Shown: one piece after another, positions 45,223-57,283 of the stretch | Position numbering within the stretch: the first letter of the stretch is position 1 | Layout: every line of letters starts with the position of its first letter | From: Hydrogenophaga sp. | GTDB lineage: Bacteria; Pseudomonadota; Gammaproteobacteria; Burkholderiales; Burkholderiaceae_C | Direction of reading: 5' to 3' | Assembly: GCF_022844385.1 (NCBI RefSeq) | Contig: NZ_JALHLX010000004.1 | Span: forward strand, 14,832-78,831 | DNA length: 64,000 nucleotides | Notes under the pieces: generated by a model | The model's input: the letters and a program-made list of their open reading frames with translations, nothing else | Told to the model about the DNA's origin: nothing | Databases searched by the model: none | Position numbers and translations under genes: made by a program

Positions 45223-46065
45223 ATGTCCATGAAAACCCTGATTTTGTCCCTGAGCCTGATTGGTGCCGCTGCCTTGGTGGGTTGCGGAAAAACAGAAGCG
45301 CCTGCGCCTGCAGCTGCACCAGCTCCCGTCGCAGCCCCAGCACCGGCGCCAGCAGAACTGCCCGAACTCAAGGTGGCCATCGACCCCACCTACGAGCCTT
45401 TCACCTTCAAGACCGCCGATGGCAAGCCCACCGGCTTTGACGTGGACATCGCCGAAGCGCTGTGCAACGAGATCAAGCGCAAATGCGTCTATGTGGAACA
45501 AGTCTGGGACAGCATGATCCCCGGTTTGCAGGCCAAAAAATACGACGTGATCATCAGCTCGATGTCGATCACCGAAGAGCGTCAGCAAGTGGTGGACTTC
45601 ACCGACAAGTACTACTTCACACCCAGCCGCATCGTGGTGAAGGCCGACACGGCGTTCACCGATGCCGCTTCACTCAAGGGCAAGAAGCTCGGCGTGCTCA
45701 AAGGCAGCACGCAAGAGAAGTACGCCATGGGCGAACTCAAGGCCGCCGGTGTCAACGTGGTTCCTTACGAAGCGCAAGACCAGGTCTATCTGGACATCAA
45801 GTCGGGCCGTCTGGATGGCACGGTGGCTGACCAGGTTGAAGTCAACGGTGGCTTCCTGAGCAAGCCCGAAGGCGCTGGCTATGGTTTCGTGGGACCGGTT
45901 CTGGCCGATGCGAAGTACTTCGGCACGGGCGTTGGTGTGGCACTGCGCAAGGACGAAACAGCGCTCAAGGATGAGTTGAATGCAGCCATCAAGACCATCC
46001 GTACCAACGGCGTCTACGAAACGGTCAGCAAGAAGTACTTCGACTTCGACGTGTACGGCAACTGA
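45223..46065 (+). CDS. Polar amino-acid (Arg/Orn/Lys/His) ABC substrate-binding lipoprotein
   Basis: Lipobox LVGC, PTYEPF, GFDVDIA, WDSMIPGL, SSMSITEER, GVLKGSTQE. Confidence 0.92.
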   Translation: MSMKTLILSLSLIGAAALVGCGKTEAPAPAAAPAPVAAPAPAPAELPELKVAIDPTYEPFTFKTADGKPTGFDVDIAEALCNEIKRKCVYVEQVWDSMIPGLQAKKYDVIISSMSITEERQQVVDFTDKYYFTPSRIVVKADTAFTDAASLKGKKLGVLKGSTQEKYAMGELKAAGVNVVPYEAQDQVYLDIKSGRLDGTVADQVEVNGGFLSKPEGAGYGFVGPVLADAKYFGTGVGVALRKDETALKDELNAAIKTIRTNGVYETVSKKYFDFDVYGN

Positions 46066-46076
46066 GCTGTCGCGTT

Positions 46077-46763
46077 TTGTCCGGCTACTTCAGCTCGATC
46101 CTGCAGGGCGCCCTCCTCACGGTGGGCGTCTCACTGGCCGCCTTGATGGTGGCCATCCTCCTGGGTCTGCTGGGTGCCGTGGCCAAACTCTCGGGCCGCC
46201 CCCTGGTGGTGGGGCTGGCCACGGTCTACACAACGCTCGTGAGGGGTGTTCCCGAGCTGGTGCTCATGCTGCTCATCTATTACGGCGGCACGATCGGACT
46301 GAACAACCTCCTTGAAGCCATGGGCAGCAAGGCCTCGGTGGACATCAATCCTTTCCTGGCCGGCGTGCTCACCATCGGCTTCATCTACGGCGCCTACATG
46401 ACGGAGACTTTCCGCGGCGCCATCCTGTCGATTCCCAAGGGCCAGATGGAAGCGGCCTGGGCGTTCGGCATGGGACCCGTGCGCACCTTTGTGCGTATCA
46501 CCGCTCCGCAGATGGTGCGTTATGCCCTCCCCGGCTTCACCAACAACTGGCTGGTGCTGATCAAGGCCACGGCCCTCATCAGCCTGATCGGTCTGCAGGA
46601 AATGACTTACCTCGCCAAGCAGGCCAGCGCGGCCACGCGCGAGCCTTTCACGTTCTTCCTGTTTGCTGCCGCCCTGTTCCTGGTCTACACGTCGGTATCG
46701 CTGTGGGCGCTGCGCTGGCTGGAACGACGCTTCAGCCTCGGCGTGAAACGCGCCAACGCATGA
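46077..46763 (+). CDS. HisQ-like amino-acid ABC permease
   Basis: RGVPELV, YMTETFRGA, PKGQMEAA, LIKATALIS. Confidence 0.9.
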   Translation: MSGYFSSILQGALLTVGVSLAALMVAILLGLLGAVAKLSGRPLVVGLATVYTTLVRGVPELVLMLLIYYGGTIGLNNLLEAMGSKASVDINPFLAGVLTIGFIYGAYMTETFRGAILSIPKGQMEAAWAFGMGPVRTFVRITAPQMVRYALPGFTNNWLVLIKATALISLIGLQEMTYLAKQASAATREPFTFFLFAAALFLVYTSVSLWALRWLERRFSLGVKRANA

Positions 46764-46773
46764 GCCGCTGCGC

Positions 46774-47487
46774 ATGAAGTGGGAAGTCATCTTTCGCCCC
46801 AGCACCTTGGCCATGTATGGCGAAGGGCTGATCACCACCTTGTGGCTGCTGCTTTCGTCGCTGGGCGTGGGCACGGTGCTCGCCGTGCTGTTTGCGCTGG
46901 CGCTCACCAGCTCGATCAAACCCCTGCGCTGGCTCGTCGGCGCCTACACCTACGTGATCCGGGGAACGCCGCTGCTGATCCAGCTCTATTTGATTTACTA
47001 CGGCCTGGCGCAGCTGGACTGGATCCAGGCCCGCTGGAACGATGTGTGGCCCTGGACGCACTTCAAGGAACCGTTCTTTTGCGCCTTGCTGGCCTTCAGC
47101 CTGAACACCGCGGCCTACACCGCCGAGATGCTGGCCGGAGCGATCCGGGAAACGTCGGCCGGTGAAATCGAGGCCGCCCAGGCCATGGGCATGAGCCCGG
47201 CCACCGCCATGCGCCGCATCGTGCTGCCCAGTGCCATCCGCCGCACGCTGCCGGCCTACAGCAACGAGGTGGTGATGATGCTGCACGCCACCAGCCTGGC
47301 CAGCACCGTGCCCGCCATGCTGGATGTGACCGCTGCGGCAAGCCGCATCTATTCGGACTTTTACCTGCCCTTCGAGGCTTACATCTTTGCGGCCGCGATC
47401 TACCTGACCATCACCTTCAGTCTGGTGGGCTTGTTCAAGCTGGCCGAACGGCGTTTTCTGGCCCACCTGGCACCGCGCGGCCATTGA
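46774..47487 (+). CDS. HisM-like amino-acid ABC permease
   Basis: RGTPLLIQL, TAAYTAEMLAGA, LPAYSNEVVMMLHATSLAS. Confidence 0.9.
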   Translation: MKWEVIFRPSTLAMYGEGLITTLWLLLSSLGVGTVLAVLFALALTSSIKPLRWLVGAYTYVIRGTPLLIQLYLIYYGLAQLDWIQARWNDVWPWTHFKEPFFCALLAFSLNTAAYTAEMLAGAIRETSAGEIEAAQAMGMSPATAMRRIVLPSAIRRTLPAYSNEVVMMLHATSLASTVPAMLDVTAAASRIYSDFYLPFEAYIFAAAIYLTITFSLVGLFKLAERRFLAHLAPRGH

Positions 47488-47509
47488 GGCGTCCGCCCTT
47501 TGTCGAACC

Positions 47510-48649
47510 ATGCAACGCATCGAATACCCTCTGCTGAGCCCCAGCCTGGGCAGCCAGAAAACCCTGGTGGCTTTTCACTTTGGCACGCCCGGCGCACGTC
47601 CGAAGGTCTACATCCAGGCCAGCCTGCATGCCGAAGAATTGCCCGGCATGCTGGTCGCGCACCACCTGCGCCAGCGGTTGGAGGCGGCCGACAAAGCGGG
47701 CCAGCTGCTGGGCGAGGTGATCCTGGTACCCGCGGCCAACCCGATCGGCCTGAGCCAGCGGCTGGACCACCGCGCCATGGGCCGGTTCGAATTCGACACC
47801 GCGCAAAACTTCAACCGCCACTACCCGGACATGGCCGGAGCTGTTCTGGACGACGCCCGCTCCCGCCTGGGCCCCGATGCGCAAGCCAACCTGGCCACCG
47901 TGCGTCAGCTGGTCGGCCAGTGGCTCACCCAATGGCAGCCCGCCAGCGAACTCGACAGCATGCGCCGGCAGTTGTTGCTGCTCTCGCACGATGCCGACGT
48001 GGTGCTCGACCTCCACTGCGACAACGATGCGGTGATGCACCTCTACAGCGAAGAGGCCTGCTGGCCACCGTTCGAGCCGCTGGCTTGCCTGCTGGGCTGC
48101 CAGGCCGTGTTGCTGGCGCGGGAGTCGGGCGGTGGACCCTTTGACGAACGCCTCTCGGGCCTGTGGTGGCAGCTGACTGCCGCGCTGCGCCAGGCCGGCG
48201 TGAACGCTCCCCTGCCCCAGGGCTGCGCGAGCGCCACGGTGGAACTGCGTGGCGAGGGCGACGTGTCGCACGACCTCGCGCGCAAGGACGCCCACGCGAT
48301 CGTGGCTTTCCTTGAGCACATGGGCGCACTGGCCAGCGCCTCGCCCGCTCCACTGCCGCCCATGGCCTGCAAACCAACACCGCTGGCCGGATCGCAAACG
48401 CTGCGCTCACCGGTGCCGGGTGTGCTGGTGTTTCTGGTCAGACCCGGCGCCCGCGTGGAGGTGGGCGACGTGGTGGCCGAGGTGATCGACCCCACGGCGG
48501 CCGGTCTTGCGCGTGTGCATGAGGTGCGTTCAGAGGTCACGGGTGTGCTGTACGCCACCGTGCGCGAACGCTACATCGTCTCGGGCGGCGAGGTCGGCAA
48601 GATCGCCGGCGCCACACCCTTTCGCTCCGGCGACCTGCTGGGCGCCTGA
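47510..48649 (+). CDS. Succinylglutamate desuccinylase/aspartoacylase (M14) family protein
   Basis: [11 protein letters not shown] (HxxE), NFNRHYP, LDLHCD, TVELRG, C-terminal biotinyl-like domain. Confidence 0.88.
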   Translation: MQRIEYPLLSPSLGSQKTLVAFHFGTPGARPKVYIQASLHAEELPGMLVAHHLRQRLEAADKAGQLLGEVILVPAANPIGLSQRLDHRAMGRFEFDTAQNFNRHYPDMAGAVLDDARSRLGPDAQANLATVRQLVGQWLTQWQPASELDSMRRQLLLLSHDADVVLDLHCDNDAVMHLYSEEACWPPFEPLACLLGCQAVLLARESGGGPFDERLSGLWWQLTAALRQAGVNAPLPQGCASATVELRGEGDVSHDLARKDAHAIVAFLEHMGALASASPAPLPPMACKPTPLAGSQTLRSPVPGVLVFLVRPGARVEVGDVVAEVIDPTAAGLARVHEVRSEVTGVLYATVRERYIVSGGEVGKIAGATPFRSGDLLGA

Positions 48650-48674
48650 GTTTTCATCCCATCGGGCATCGACC

Positions 48675-49472
48675 ATGACTGCAGAAACCACCCTCAAAAC
48701 GCCAGGCCGCCCCTTGCTGGAAGTCCACGACATCCACAAGCGGTTTGGCGCCAACGAAGTGCTCAAGGGTGTGTCGCTGCAGGCGCGAGCGGGCGACGTG
48801 ATCAGTCTCATCGGCAGTTCCGGCTCGGGCAAGAGCACGCTGCTGCGCTGCATCAACCTCCTGGAGAACCCGAACACGGGTCGCATCGTGCTGGGCGGCG
48901 AAGAGCTGCAACTCAAGGCCGACAAGCACGGCGAGCTGCGCGCCGTGAACGCTGCCCAGCTGCAGCGCCTGCGCACCAAGCTGGCCATGGTGTTCCAGCA
49001 CTTCAACCTCTGGGCACACATGACGGTGCTGCAGAACATCATCGAAGCGCCGGTTAACGTGCTGGGCATCCCGAAGGACAAGGCGGTGGAGACTGCGCGC
49101 CGCTACCTGGAGCGCGTGGGTCTGCGCGGTGTGGAAGACCGCTACCCGTCGCACATGAGCGGTGGCCAGCAGCAGCGCGTGGCGATCGCCCGGGCGCTGG
49201 CCGTGGAGCCCGATGTGATGCTGTTCGACGAGCCCACGAGCGCACTCGACCCGGAACTGGTGGGCGAGGTGTTGCGCGTGATGAAGCTGCTGGCCGAAGA
49301 AGGCCGCACCATGGTGGTGGTCACGCACGAAATGGGTTTTGCACGCGAGGTCTCCTCGCACCTCATCTTCCTGCACAAGGGCTGCATCGAAGAGCAAGGC
49401 GTGCCCGCCGAGGTGCTGGCGCGCCCCAGGAGCGAGCGGCTCGCCCAGTTCCTCTCAGGCAACCTGAAGTAA
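48675..49472 (+). CDS. hisP: HisP-like amino-acid ABC ATP-binding protein
   Basis: [37 protein letters not shown]. Confidence 0.9.
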   Translation: MTAETTLKTPGRPLLEVHDIHKRFGANEVLKGVSLQARAGDVISLIGSSGSGKSTLLRCINLLENPNTGRIVLGGEELQLKADKHGELRAVNAAQLQRLRTKLAMVFQHFNLWAHMTVLQNIIEAPVNVLGIPKDKAVETARRYLERVGLRGVEDRYPSHMSGGQQQRVAIARALAVEPDVMLFDEPTSALDPELVGEVLRVMKLLAEEGRTMVVVTHEMGFAREVSSHLIFLHKGCIEEQGVPAEVLARPRSERLAQFLSGNLK

Positions 49473-49477
49473 GGCCC

Positions 49478-51964
49478 TCAGGGCACGAGTTCCAGGGTCG
49501 AGGCCCACTCGCCGGGCTTCATGCTGAGCGCCCGGTACTCCACCGCGCTCCAGGTCTTGCTCATGTCGCGGTAGCGGCCTGAGAACACATTGCCGCTCTG
49601 CCCGGTCTGGTAAATGAAGCGCGAATTGTCCATGTCGGCCAGATCGTAGATGGCGCGCAGGCTGGCCGCGTGACGGTTGGCAAATGGGGCATCGGCTTTG
49701 TCCAGGTGGTATTGGCCGACGTTGACCGTGAATGGGTCGCCGCCCGTGGGCGTGCGCACCTCGAAGAACGGCGCCAGCGCTTTCACATTGCTCAGCGGTC
49801 GGTGGATCGAGATCGCCGGGTGGGCGTCGGCCCAGCGCCAGGCGGCCACGTCGTCACCTTGCTTCTGCCGCAGTTGGTCGAGTGCCCGGTCGAGTGCGCG
49901 TGTGCTGGCCGCCTCGCAGCCGGCTGCTCCGCACCAGGCTTTGTCGTTGCGCTCCAGGATGCCCTCCACTGCATTGCGGAACAGTCGTTTGCCGTACAGC
50001 GTCTCAAAGCGCGCCTGGCCCAGGCGCTCGCCCAGCACTTGGCGCGTGAATGCGTCGACCCAGGCGGTGTAGATCAGGGGCGCGGCCAGCTCGGCCCGCA
50101 TTTCGCCGTTGAAGTCCTTGAGTTGCGTTTGTGCCGCCGCCGCCAGCGGGTGGTTCGACGCAGTTTTCTGCAGAAACGGCAGCAGTCGCACCGTGGCGGC
50201 CGACTGCAGGTCGCCGTGCATGGCCTGGAACGACGCCACCGTGTGCTGCGGCGTGGCTTCCAGCAGTGCTTCAATGCGTTCCTGGCGGTACGACGGGGCC
50301 CAGTCCTGCGTGATGAAGTGCGGGTAGTCGGCGGCGTGGATACGCTGGTTGGCGGTGGCGATCCAGCCGCGCTCGCCCGCGTCCTGCGGCGTGTCTTCAT
50401 AGGGCAGCCAGCCCGCCCAGTCGTAACGCGCCTCCCAGCCAGGCGCGGGCGCCACACCACGGATGTCGTTGTCGGCGGAGCGCACCGGCACCCTGCCCAC
50501 CGCCTTGTAGCCAATCACCCCGCTGCGGTCGGCCATCAACACGTTCTGCATTGGCGAGTGGAAATCGGCAAAGGCCTGGGTGAGATCGGCCACCGACTGT
50601 GCGCGGTTGGACTCCAGCGTGGCCACCACGTTGCGGTTGTCGGCGTCCAGCGCCGTCCAGCGCAGGGCCAGCACAAACTTGGCCGTATCGATGACCTCGC
50701 CATGACGCGCCTGCGCGTCGCTGAGCACCGGACCGTGGCGCGTGCTGCGCACCATGTGGCTCACGTCGGGCTGGTTCTTCACACGGATGGTTTCCATGCG
50801 CAGCTTGAAGTCAGCCCAGACCGGCTCGGCGGTGCTGCCCGGCACGCGGTACTGCGCCGGGTTGGCCGGGTTGATCTGTTCGATGTAGAGGTCCTGCACG
50901 TCCGGCCCGGTGTTGGTGAAACCCCAGGCCACCTGCTCGGTGCGCCCCAGCACCACGAACGGCGTGCCCGGCAACGTGGCGCCGATCACGTCCATGCCTT
51001 TCACGCCGTCGGCATCGGGCGCCTGCAGCCGCGCAAAATACCAGATGGCCGGAGCGCTCAGGCCCAGGTGCGGGTCGTTGGCCAGCAGGGGCATGCCGGT
51101 CTTGCTGCGCGCGCCCGAAACCACCCAGTTGTTCGATCCCTTGCCTTCGATGTTGCCCAGCTCGTGGGTCCAGCGCTCCATGTCGCGGCCTATGCGTGCA
51201 GCCATGTTCTGCGGTTCGGGCGTGGCAGACGACGTGGTCGCCGGTGTTGACCGGTACACACCGAGACTGCGGTACAGCGTGGCCAGGTCGGCCGTGGCTG
51301 CCGGTTGCTCGCCAGGGTAAGGCGGGAACAGCTCCCACAGCGCCGGCGTGTCGATGCTCTGCAGCGCCGTGAGGCGCGCAAATTCGTTGCCCCAGTTCCC
51401 GCCCAGGTCCAGTGCCATCATGATCGACCAGCCCACGCTGTCCAGCGGATCCCAGTAGCGCCCGGCGCGGGCCTCGGGCCCCGGGTCCACACTCATCAAC
51501 ACGAACTCGGGCGACAGTGCTTGCGGGCTGGTGGCGAAAAAGGCGTTGATCCCTTCGCTGTAAGCCTCCAGCGCCAGGCGTGCATCGGGCGGCAGACCCT
51601 CCCACTGGCGCTGGGCGGCTTCCCGGATGCCCAGCGTGCGCATGAGCTTGTCTGTTTCCAGCGTGGCCGGGCCCAGCACTTCAGAGAGCGCTCCGCGCAT
51701 CACGCGGCGGTTGAATTCCAGTTGCCAGCCGCGCTCCTGTGCATGCACATAACCCAGCGCTTTCCACGCATCGGTTGGCCGGCTGGCCAGGATGTGCGTC
51801 ACGTCGCTGGTATCGCGGTGCACCGTGACCGACCCAACCAGGCCGGTGAGCTGCAGCCGACCGTCCATCTTGGGCAGGGTTCGTTGTGCGTAGAACGCAG
51901 CAGCGGCCACCCCCGCGACGAGCAGCACCACCAACAGTTTGAAGAAACGTTTGACCCAGCGCAT
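49478..51964 (-). CDS. Penicillin acylase / AHL-acylase family Ntn hydrolase (S45)
   Basis: GYVHAQER, GSNNWVV (nucleophile Ser), LANDPHL, WGFTN, ATANQ, GQSGN. Confidence 0.92.
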   Translation of the reverse strand: MRWVKRFFKLLVVLLVAGVAAAAFYAQRTLPKMDGRLQLTGLVGSVTVHRDTSDVTHILASRPTDAWKALGYVHAQERGWQLEFNRRVMRGALSEVLGPATLETDKLMRTLGIREAAQRQWEGLPPDARLALEAYSEGINAFFATSPQALSPEFVLMSVDPGPEARAGRYWDPLDSVGWSIMMALDLGGNWGNEFARLTALQSIDTPALWELFPPYPGEQPAATADLATLYRSLGVYRSTPATTSSATPEPQNMAARIGRDMERWTHELGNIEGKGSNNWVVSGARSKTGMPLLANDPHLGLSAPAIWYFARLQAPDADGVKGMDVIGATLPGTPFVVLGRTEQVAWGFTNTGPDVQDLYIEQINPANPAQYRVPGSTAEPVWADFKLRMETIRVKNQPDVSHMVRSTRHGPVLSDAQARHGEVIDTAKFVLALRWTALDADNRNVVATLESNRAQSVADLTQAFADFHSPMQNVLMADRSGVIGYKAVGRVPVRSADNDIRGVAPAPGWEARYDWAGWLPYEDTPQDAGERGWIATANQRIHAADYPHFITQDWAPSYRQERIEALLEATPQHTVASFQAMHGDLQSAATVRLLPFLQKTASNHPLAAAAQTQLKDFNGEMRAELAAPLIYTAWVDAFTRQVLGERLGQARFETLYGKRLFRNAVEGILERNDKAWCGAAGCEAASTRALDRALDQLRQKQGDDVAAWRWADAHPAISIHRPLSNVKALAPFFEVRTPTGGDPFTVNVGQYHLDKADAPFANRHAASLRAIYDLADMDNSRFIYQTGQSGNVFSGRYRDMSKTWSAVEYRALSMKPGEWASTLELVP

Positions 51965-52036
51965 GGTGTCTCCTGCGTGTATTGGAAGGCTGTTCACAGC
52001 CCGCGTTGAGCACGCTTCGCAGCGGCGCGGAGGCCG

Positions 52037-52981
52037 TCAGTTTCGAAGCGGCGTTCGCCCCAGCACCATGTTGCCGTTGACCAGCTTGAAGCTCACCGTG
52101 GGCGCGCTGAAATCGGTGAACGGCGCCCCGAGCGCAATCTCGCCGTCGCTGTGCAGCATGCATTCCTGGCGGCGCAGCGCAATCACATTGTCACCGCCGG
52201 TAAAGCGCACCCAGGTGCCGTAGCTGCTGATGTCTTCCAGCACGTAGTTGCCAGCGCGCATGTCGATGCGGGTGTGCATGCGGGAGACGCGCGGGTCGCT
52301 GACCACAAAGTCGGCCTCGGGCACACGGCCGATTTTCAGCGGAAGCTCGGTCAGGCCAAAGCTGCGACTGCTGTCCAGCCACGCCAGTTCGATGCCGCCC
52401 ATGCCCACGTCTTTCGGTGGCGTGAGCGAATGCAGATCGGCCGGCAAAGTGAGGAACTCGGAGAGCATCTCCTGCTGCCATTCGATGCGGAACACCTCGC
52501 ACGGCTCAGTGCGGCCCTTGATGCGGATGGGACCCAGGCTTCGGCTGCGAACCGGGGTGCGGGGACCCAGTTCGCGCACGACGTTGTCGGTCACCAGAAT
52601 TTGTTCGCCACCCGCGAGGTCGCTAAGGCGCGAAGCCAGGTTGACGGCATCACCAAAACAGTCGCCGTCGACCACCACGACCTGGCCGCGGGCCATGCCG
52701 ATCTGCATCATGAGTTTGAGCCGGTTGGGCCACTGGACCACCCGCTTGGCGTGTTCCTGCTGGATCTGCACCATGGCTTCCACCGCGAGGCGGTTGCTGG
52801 TGAACGACAGCAAAACGCCGTCGCCCAGCATCTTGACCACCGTGCCGCCGTGCTCCATGCCGGTGGCCCCGATCCATTGGGTGAGCTTGGTCACCACCAT
52901 CGTGGCGCGGTCGTTACCCAGTGTTTCAAACACCGAGACACTACCGGTCAAATCCACGAAAGCAATTGTCAGTTCGGCCAT
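52037..52981 (-). CDS. Class III adenylate/guanylate cyclase with a C-terminal FHA domain
   Basis: AFVDLTGS, VKMLGDG, FGDAVNLASRL; FHA KIGR...VSRMH...DISSYGT. Confidence 0.88.
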   Translation of the reverse strand: MAELTIAFVDLTGSVSVFETLGNDRATMVVTKLTQWIGATGMEHGGTVVKMLGDGVLLSFTSNRLAVEAMVQIQQEHAKRVVQWPNRLKLMMQIGMARGQVVVVDGDCFGDAVNLASRLSDLAGGEQILVTDNVVRELGPRTPVRSRSLGPIRIKGRTEPCEVFRIEWQQEMLSEFLTLPADLHSLTPPKDVGMGGIELAWLDSSRSFGLTELPLKIGRVPEADFVVSDPRVSRMHTRIDMRAGNYVLEDISSYGTWVRFTGGDNVIALRRQECMLHSDGEIALGAPFTDFSAPTVSFKLVNGNMVLGRTPLRN

Positions 52982-53299
52982 AGAGCAGATGAATATCGGC
53001 TGGATTAGAGCACACGCCCTCAAGGGCACTTTGTCACCTGCCAGCACCGCTGCGATGAGACCTTTGCAAGGTGTCGCGCACGTGCCTGGCCGCCGCTCAT
53101 CGGGTATTAATCCCGGCCACCTCCCGGCATCAAAATGGACTCGAAGGTATTACAAACCTCAAGCATGGGGTAAAAACACGCGCGTAAACCTTTGATTTGT
53201 TTGTTGTTTTTCCATACCCAAGCGACGTGCGGGATTGCGTTGCCGCCGTAAGAGAACGTATCCTCTGCACGGATTCATAAAAGTCGTTGAGGACACACC

Positions 53300-53635
53300 A
53301 TGCGCTGGTTCAAACCGAGTATTCGAAACAGCATTTCCGCCCTGCTCAGTCCCGAGGTTCACAAGGACCCAGGCCTTGCGTTGGAGCCGGTGCGAAAAGC
53401 CATGCTGGATGTGCTCGGTGATGACGGTGCCCAGATCAATCCTCAACTGGTGCGTCGCCTCAAGTACCTGCACGATCCCCACGCCTTGTGGTTTGCGCGC
53501 GCCGAAATGGTGGCTGTGTTGAGCCAGTTGCACGGTGAAGCCTTGGCGGTCCACCGGGTTCAAAGCCTCTCCCCCGTGTTTGCCGGCCTGGTGCCCAAAA
53601 GCCTGATCGAATCTTCGCGCCTGCGCACCCGCTGA
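53300..53635 (+). CDS. Conserved-looking hypothetical protein
   Basis: Clean ORF in an intergenic space, LWFARAEMV motif; no function recognised. Confidence 0.6.
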   Translation: MRWFKPSIRNSISALLSPEVHKDPGLALEPVRKAMLDVLGDDGAQINPQLVRRLKYLHDPHALWFARAEMVAVLSQLHGEALAVHRVQSLSPVFAGLVPKSLIESSRLRTR

Positions 53636-53678
53636 GCCGCGCCCGACAGCCCGGTAGCGCCCTGCCGCCTCCGCTGCC

Positions 53679-54611
53679 TCAACCCCAGTAAATCAGGGCA
53701 TCGCGCCCTTCCACCATCAGGTCGACCTTTTGCCCCACGGGCAACAGTACCTTGGTGGGCACATGGCCAAACGGCAGGCCTGTGAACACCGGCGTTTTGG
53801 TCTTCGTGCGCAACCAGTCCACCACCGTTTGCAGTTTGAAACCGCGGTCGTAGCCCGGCACCAGCTTGAAGCGGTTGAACGATCCCATCAGCACCGCCTT
53901 TTGACGCCCGAGGATGCCCGCGTTGAGCAACTGCGTGAGCTGTCGCTCGATGCGGTAGGGGTGTTCGTGGGTGTCTTCCAGAAACAGGATGCCACCCGTG
54001 ATGGCGGGCAGGTGAGGTGTGCCTACGAGTGAGCAGATCACGTTGAGGTTGCCGCCCCACAGGGTGGCCGAGCGCACCCGCAGTTCGGGCTGCGCGTCTG
54101 CCTTGGCGGGCTTCATGAAAGCCAGGTCCGAGGTGGGCAGCCGCCAGCCCGCGCCTTCGCCGTGCCCGACCAGCAGGTCGTCAAAACACGCTTCCATGAT
54201 GTCGTCCGGCGCCTCGGCGCCAAAGTCTTCGCCCAAGGCCGGCCCGGCCCAGGTGCAGGCGCCGGTTTTGGCCAGCAGGGCCATCTGCAGGGCAGTGAAA
54301 TCGCTCAAGCCCACGAACTGTGTGCCGCTTTCAATCGCCTTGGTGAGTTTCTTGAACGGCAGCTCGCCCAGGATGCGGGTGAGGCCGTAACCGCCGCGCG
54401 AAATGAGCGCCACGTCAGCCCCGCTGGCCGCGGCACGGCCGATGGCTGCGAGCCGGGTCTCGTCGTCGCCGGCAAAGCGCATGTGGGTGGAAAGTGCCGA
54501 CTCGTCGATTTCGACCTCGTGACCCAGGGCTTTGAGCCGCGCCACGCCCCGGCGGTACGCGACCTTGTCGCGCACCGCGCTGGAGGGGGAGTAAATGTAG
54601 ATGTGGCTCAT
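53679..54611 (-). CDS. ldcA: LD-carboxypeptidase (peptidase S66)
   Basis: SRGGYG, VGLSDFT (Ser), WGGNL, LFLEDTHE (Glu), PFGHV (His). Confidence 0.92.
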   Translation of the reverse strand: MSHIYIYSPSSAVRDKVAYRRGVARLKALGHEVEIDESALSTHMRFAGDDETRLAAIGRAAASGADVALISRGGYGLTRILGELPFKKLTKAIESGTQFVGLSDFTALQMALLAKTGACTWAGPALGEDFGAEAPDDIMEACFDDLLVGHGEGAGWRLPTSDLAFMKPAKADAQPELRVRSATLWGGNLNVICSLVGTPHLPAITGGILFLEDTHEHPYRIERQLTQLLNAGILGRQKAVLMGSFNRFKLVPGYDRGFKLQTVVDWLRTKTKTPVFTGLPFGHVPTKVLLPVGQKVDLMVEGRDALIYWG

Positions 54612-54638
54612 GGGTTAGGGTGCGGCAAAAGAGATCGA

Positions 54639-56126
<1,488 letters not shown>

Positions 56127-56128
56127 CT

Positions 56129-57283
56129 ATGTCCACGCCCCTCCTCCACCCATCCAACCGCCGCTGGGAGCTCGACGCCCTGCGGGGTTTGATGCTCGTG
56201 CTGATGACGCTGACCCACATGCCGACGATGTTCTCGTTGCCATCGGGCCAGCCCTTCGGCTTCGTGTCGGCCGCCGAGGGTTTTGTGTTTCTGTCGGCCT
56301 ACATGGCCGGCCGTGTGTACGGCAAGCGCGCCCGGCGCGACGGTGTGGCCGTGATGCAGAGCGCGTTCCACGAGCGTGCACTCAAGCTCTACCTGTGCCA
56401 GCTGGCCCTGCTGCTGCTCGCCTTCACGGTCATCGCCTGGCTGGGCGTGCACAACCGCCAGGGTGGGGTCACGGGCCTGCTCGAATTCTTCTTCATCGAC
56501 AGGCCAGCTGCGGTGGTGGGTGCGGCGCTGCTGCTGTACAACCCGCCGCTGCTGGACATCCTGCCGCTGTACATCGCCCTGATGCTTCTGAGCCCATGGC
56601 TGCTGCGCCGCGGTCTGCGCACGGGTTGGCAGGGTGTGCTGGCGGTCAGCGCCCTGCTCTGGCTGGCCGAGCAGTGGGGCCTGGGTCTGGCTTTGTACGA
56701 ACTGGCTGTGAACCTCACGGGCCTGCCCATTCCCTACAAGGACATGGGCGCTTTCCACTGGCTGGCCTGGCAGGCACTGTGGGTCGTGGGTCTGTGGCTC
56801 GGCGCCCGCGAACAGCCGCTACCGCGTTTTCCGCTGTGGCTTGTGGTCCCGGCGGCGGTGTACGCGGCGGGCATGCTGTTGTGGCGCCACATGGTGGGCC
56901 AAGACCCGATGCCCGGGGTGCCCGCCATCGCCATGCTGCTCGACAAATGGACGCTCGGTCCGCTGCGCGTGCTGAACTTCGCCAGCGTCTTCGTGCTGTT
57001 GGTGACCTTCGGCCCGTCGCTCAAGCAGGTCATGCCCAGGCCCCTGCCGCTGGAGCTGCTGGGCCGGCATTCGTTGCCGGTGTTCAGCGCCCACATCGTG
57101 ATCGCCCTGTTCACGCTGGCCTTCTTCGGCTCCACCCAGGTGGTGCGCCCCTGGAGCACCGATGTGGCGTTGGTGGCGGGCGCGTTCGCGGGGCTCTTCG
57201 CCGTGGCCATGGCGCTGGAAGCGCGCGAGCGCAGCGGCTGGCGGATGACGCTGGCGCTTCGTTCAAGGCCGCAGGTGCGCTGA
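56129..57283 (+). CDS. opgC: OpgC domain membrane protein (periplasmic glucan succinylation family)
   Basis: LDALRGL, SAAEGFVFLS, LDILPLY, DKWTLGPLRVLNF, LGRHSLPVF. Confidence 0.85.
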   Translation: MSTPLLHPSNRRWELDALRGLMLVLMTLTHMPTMFSLPSGQPFGFVSAAEGFVFLSAYMAGRVYGKRARRDGVAVMQSAFHERALKLYLCQLALLLLAFTVIAWLGVHNRQGGVTGLLEFFFIDRPAAVVGAALLLYNPPLLDILPLYIALMLLSPWLLRRGLRTGWQGVLAVSALLWLAEQWGLGLALYELAVNLTGLPIPYKDMGAFHWLAWQALWVVGLWLGAREQPLPRFPLWLVVPAAVYAAGMLLWRHMVGQDPMPGVPAIAMLLDKWTLGPLRVLNFASVFVLLVTFGPSLKQVMPRPLPLELLGRHSLPVFSAHIVIALFTLAFFGSTQVVRPWSTDVALVAGAFAGLFAVAMALEARERSGWRMTLALRSRPQVR

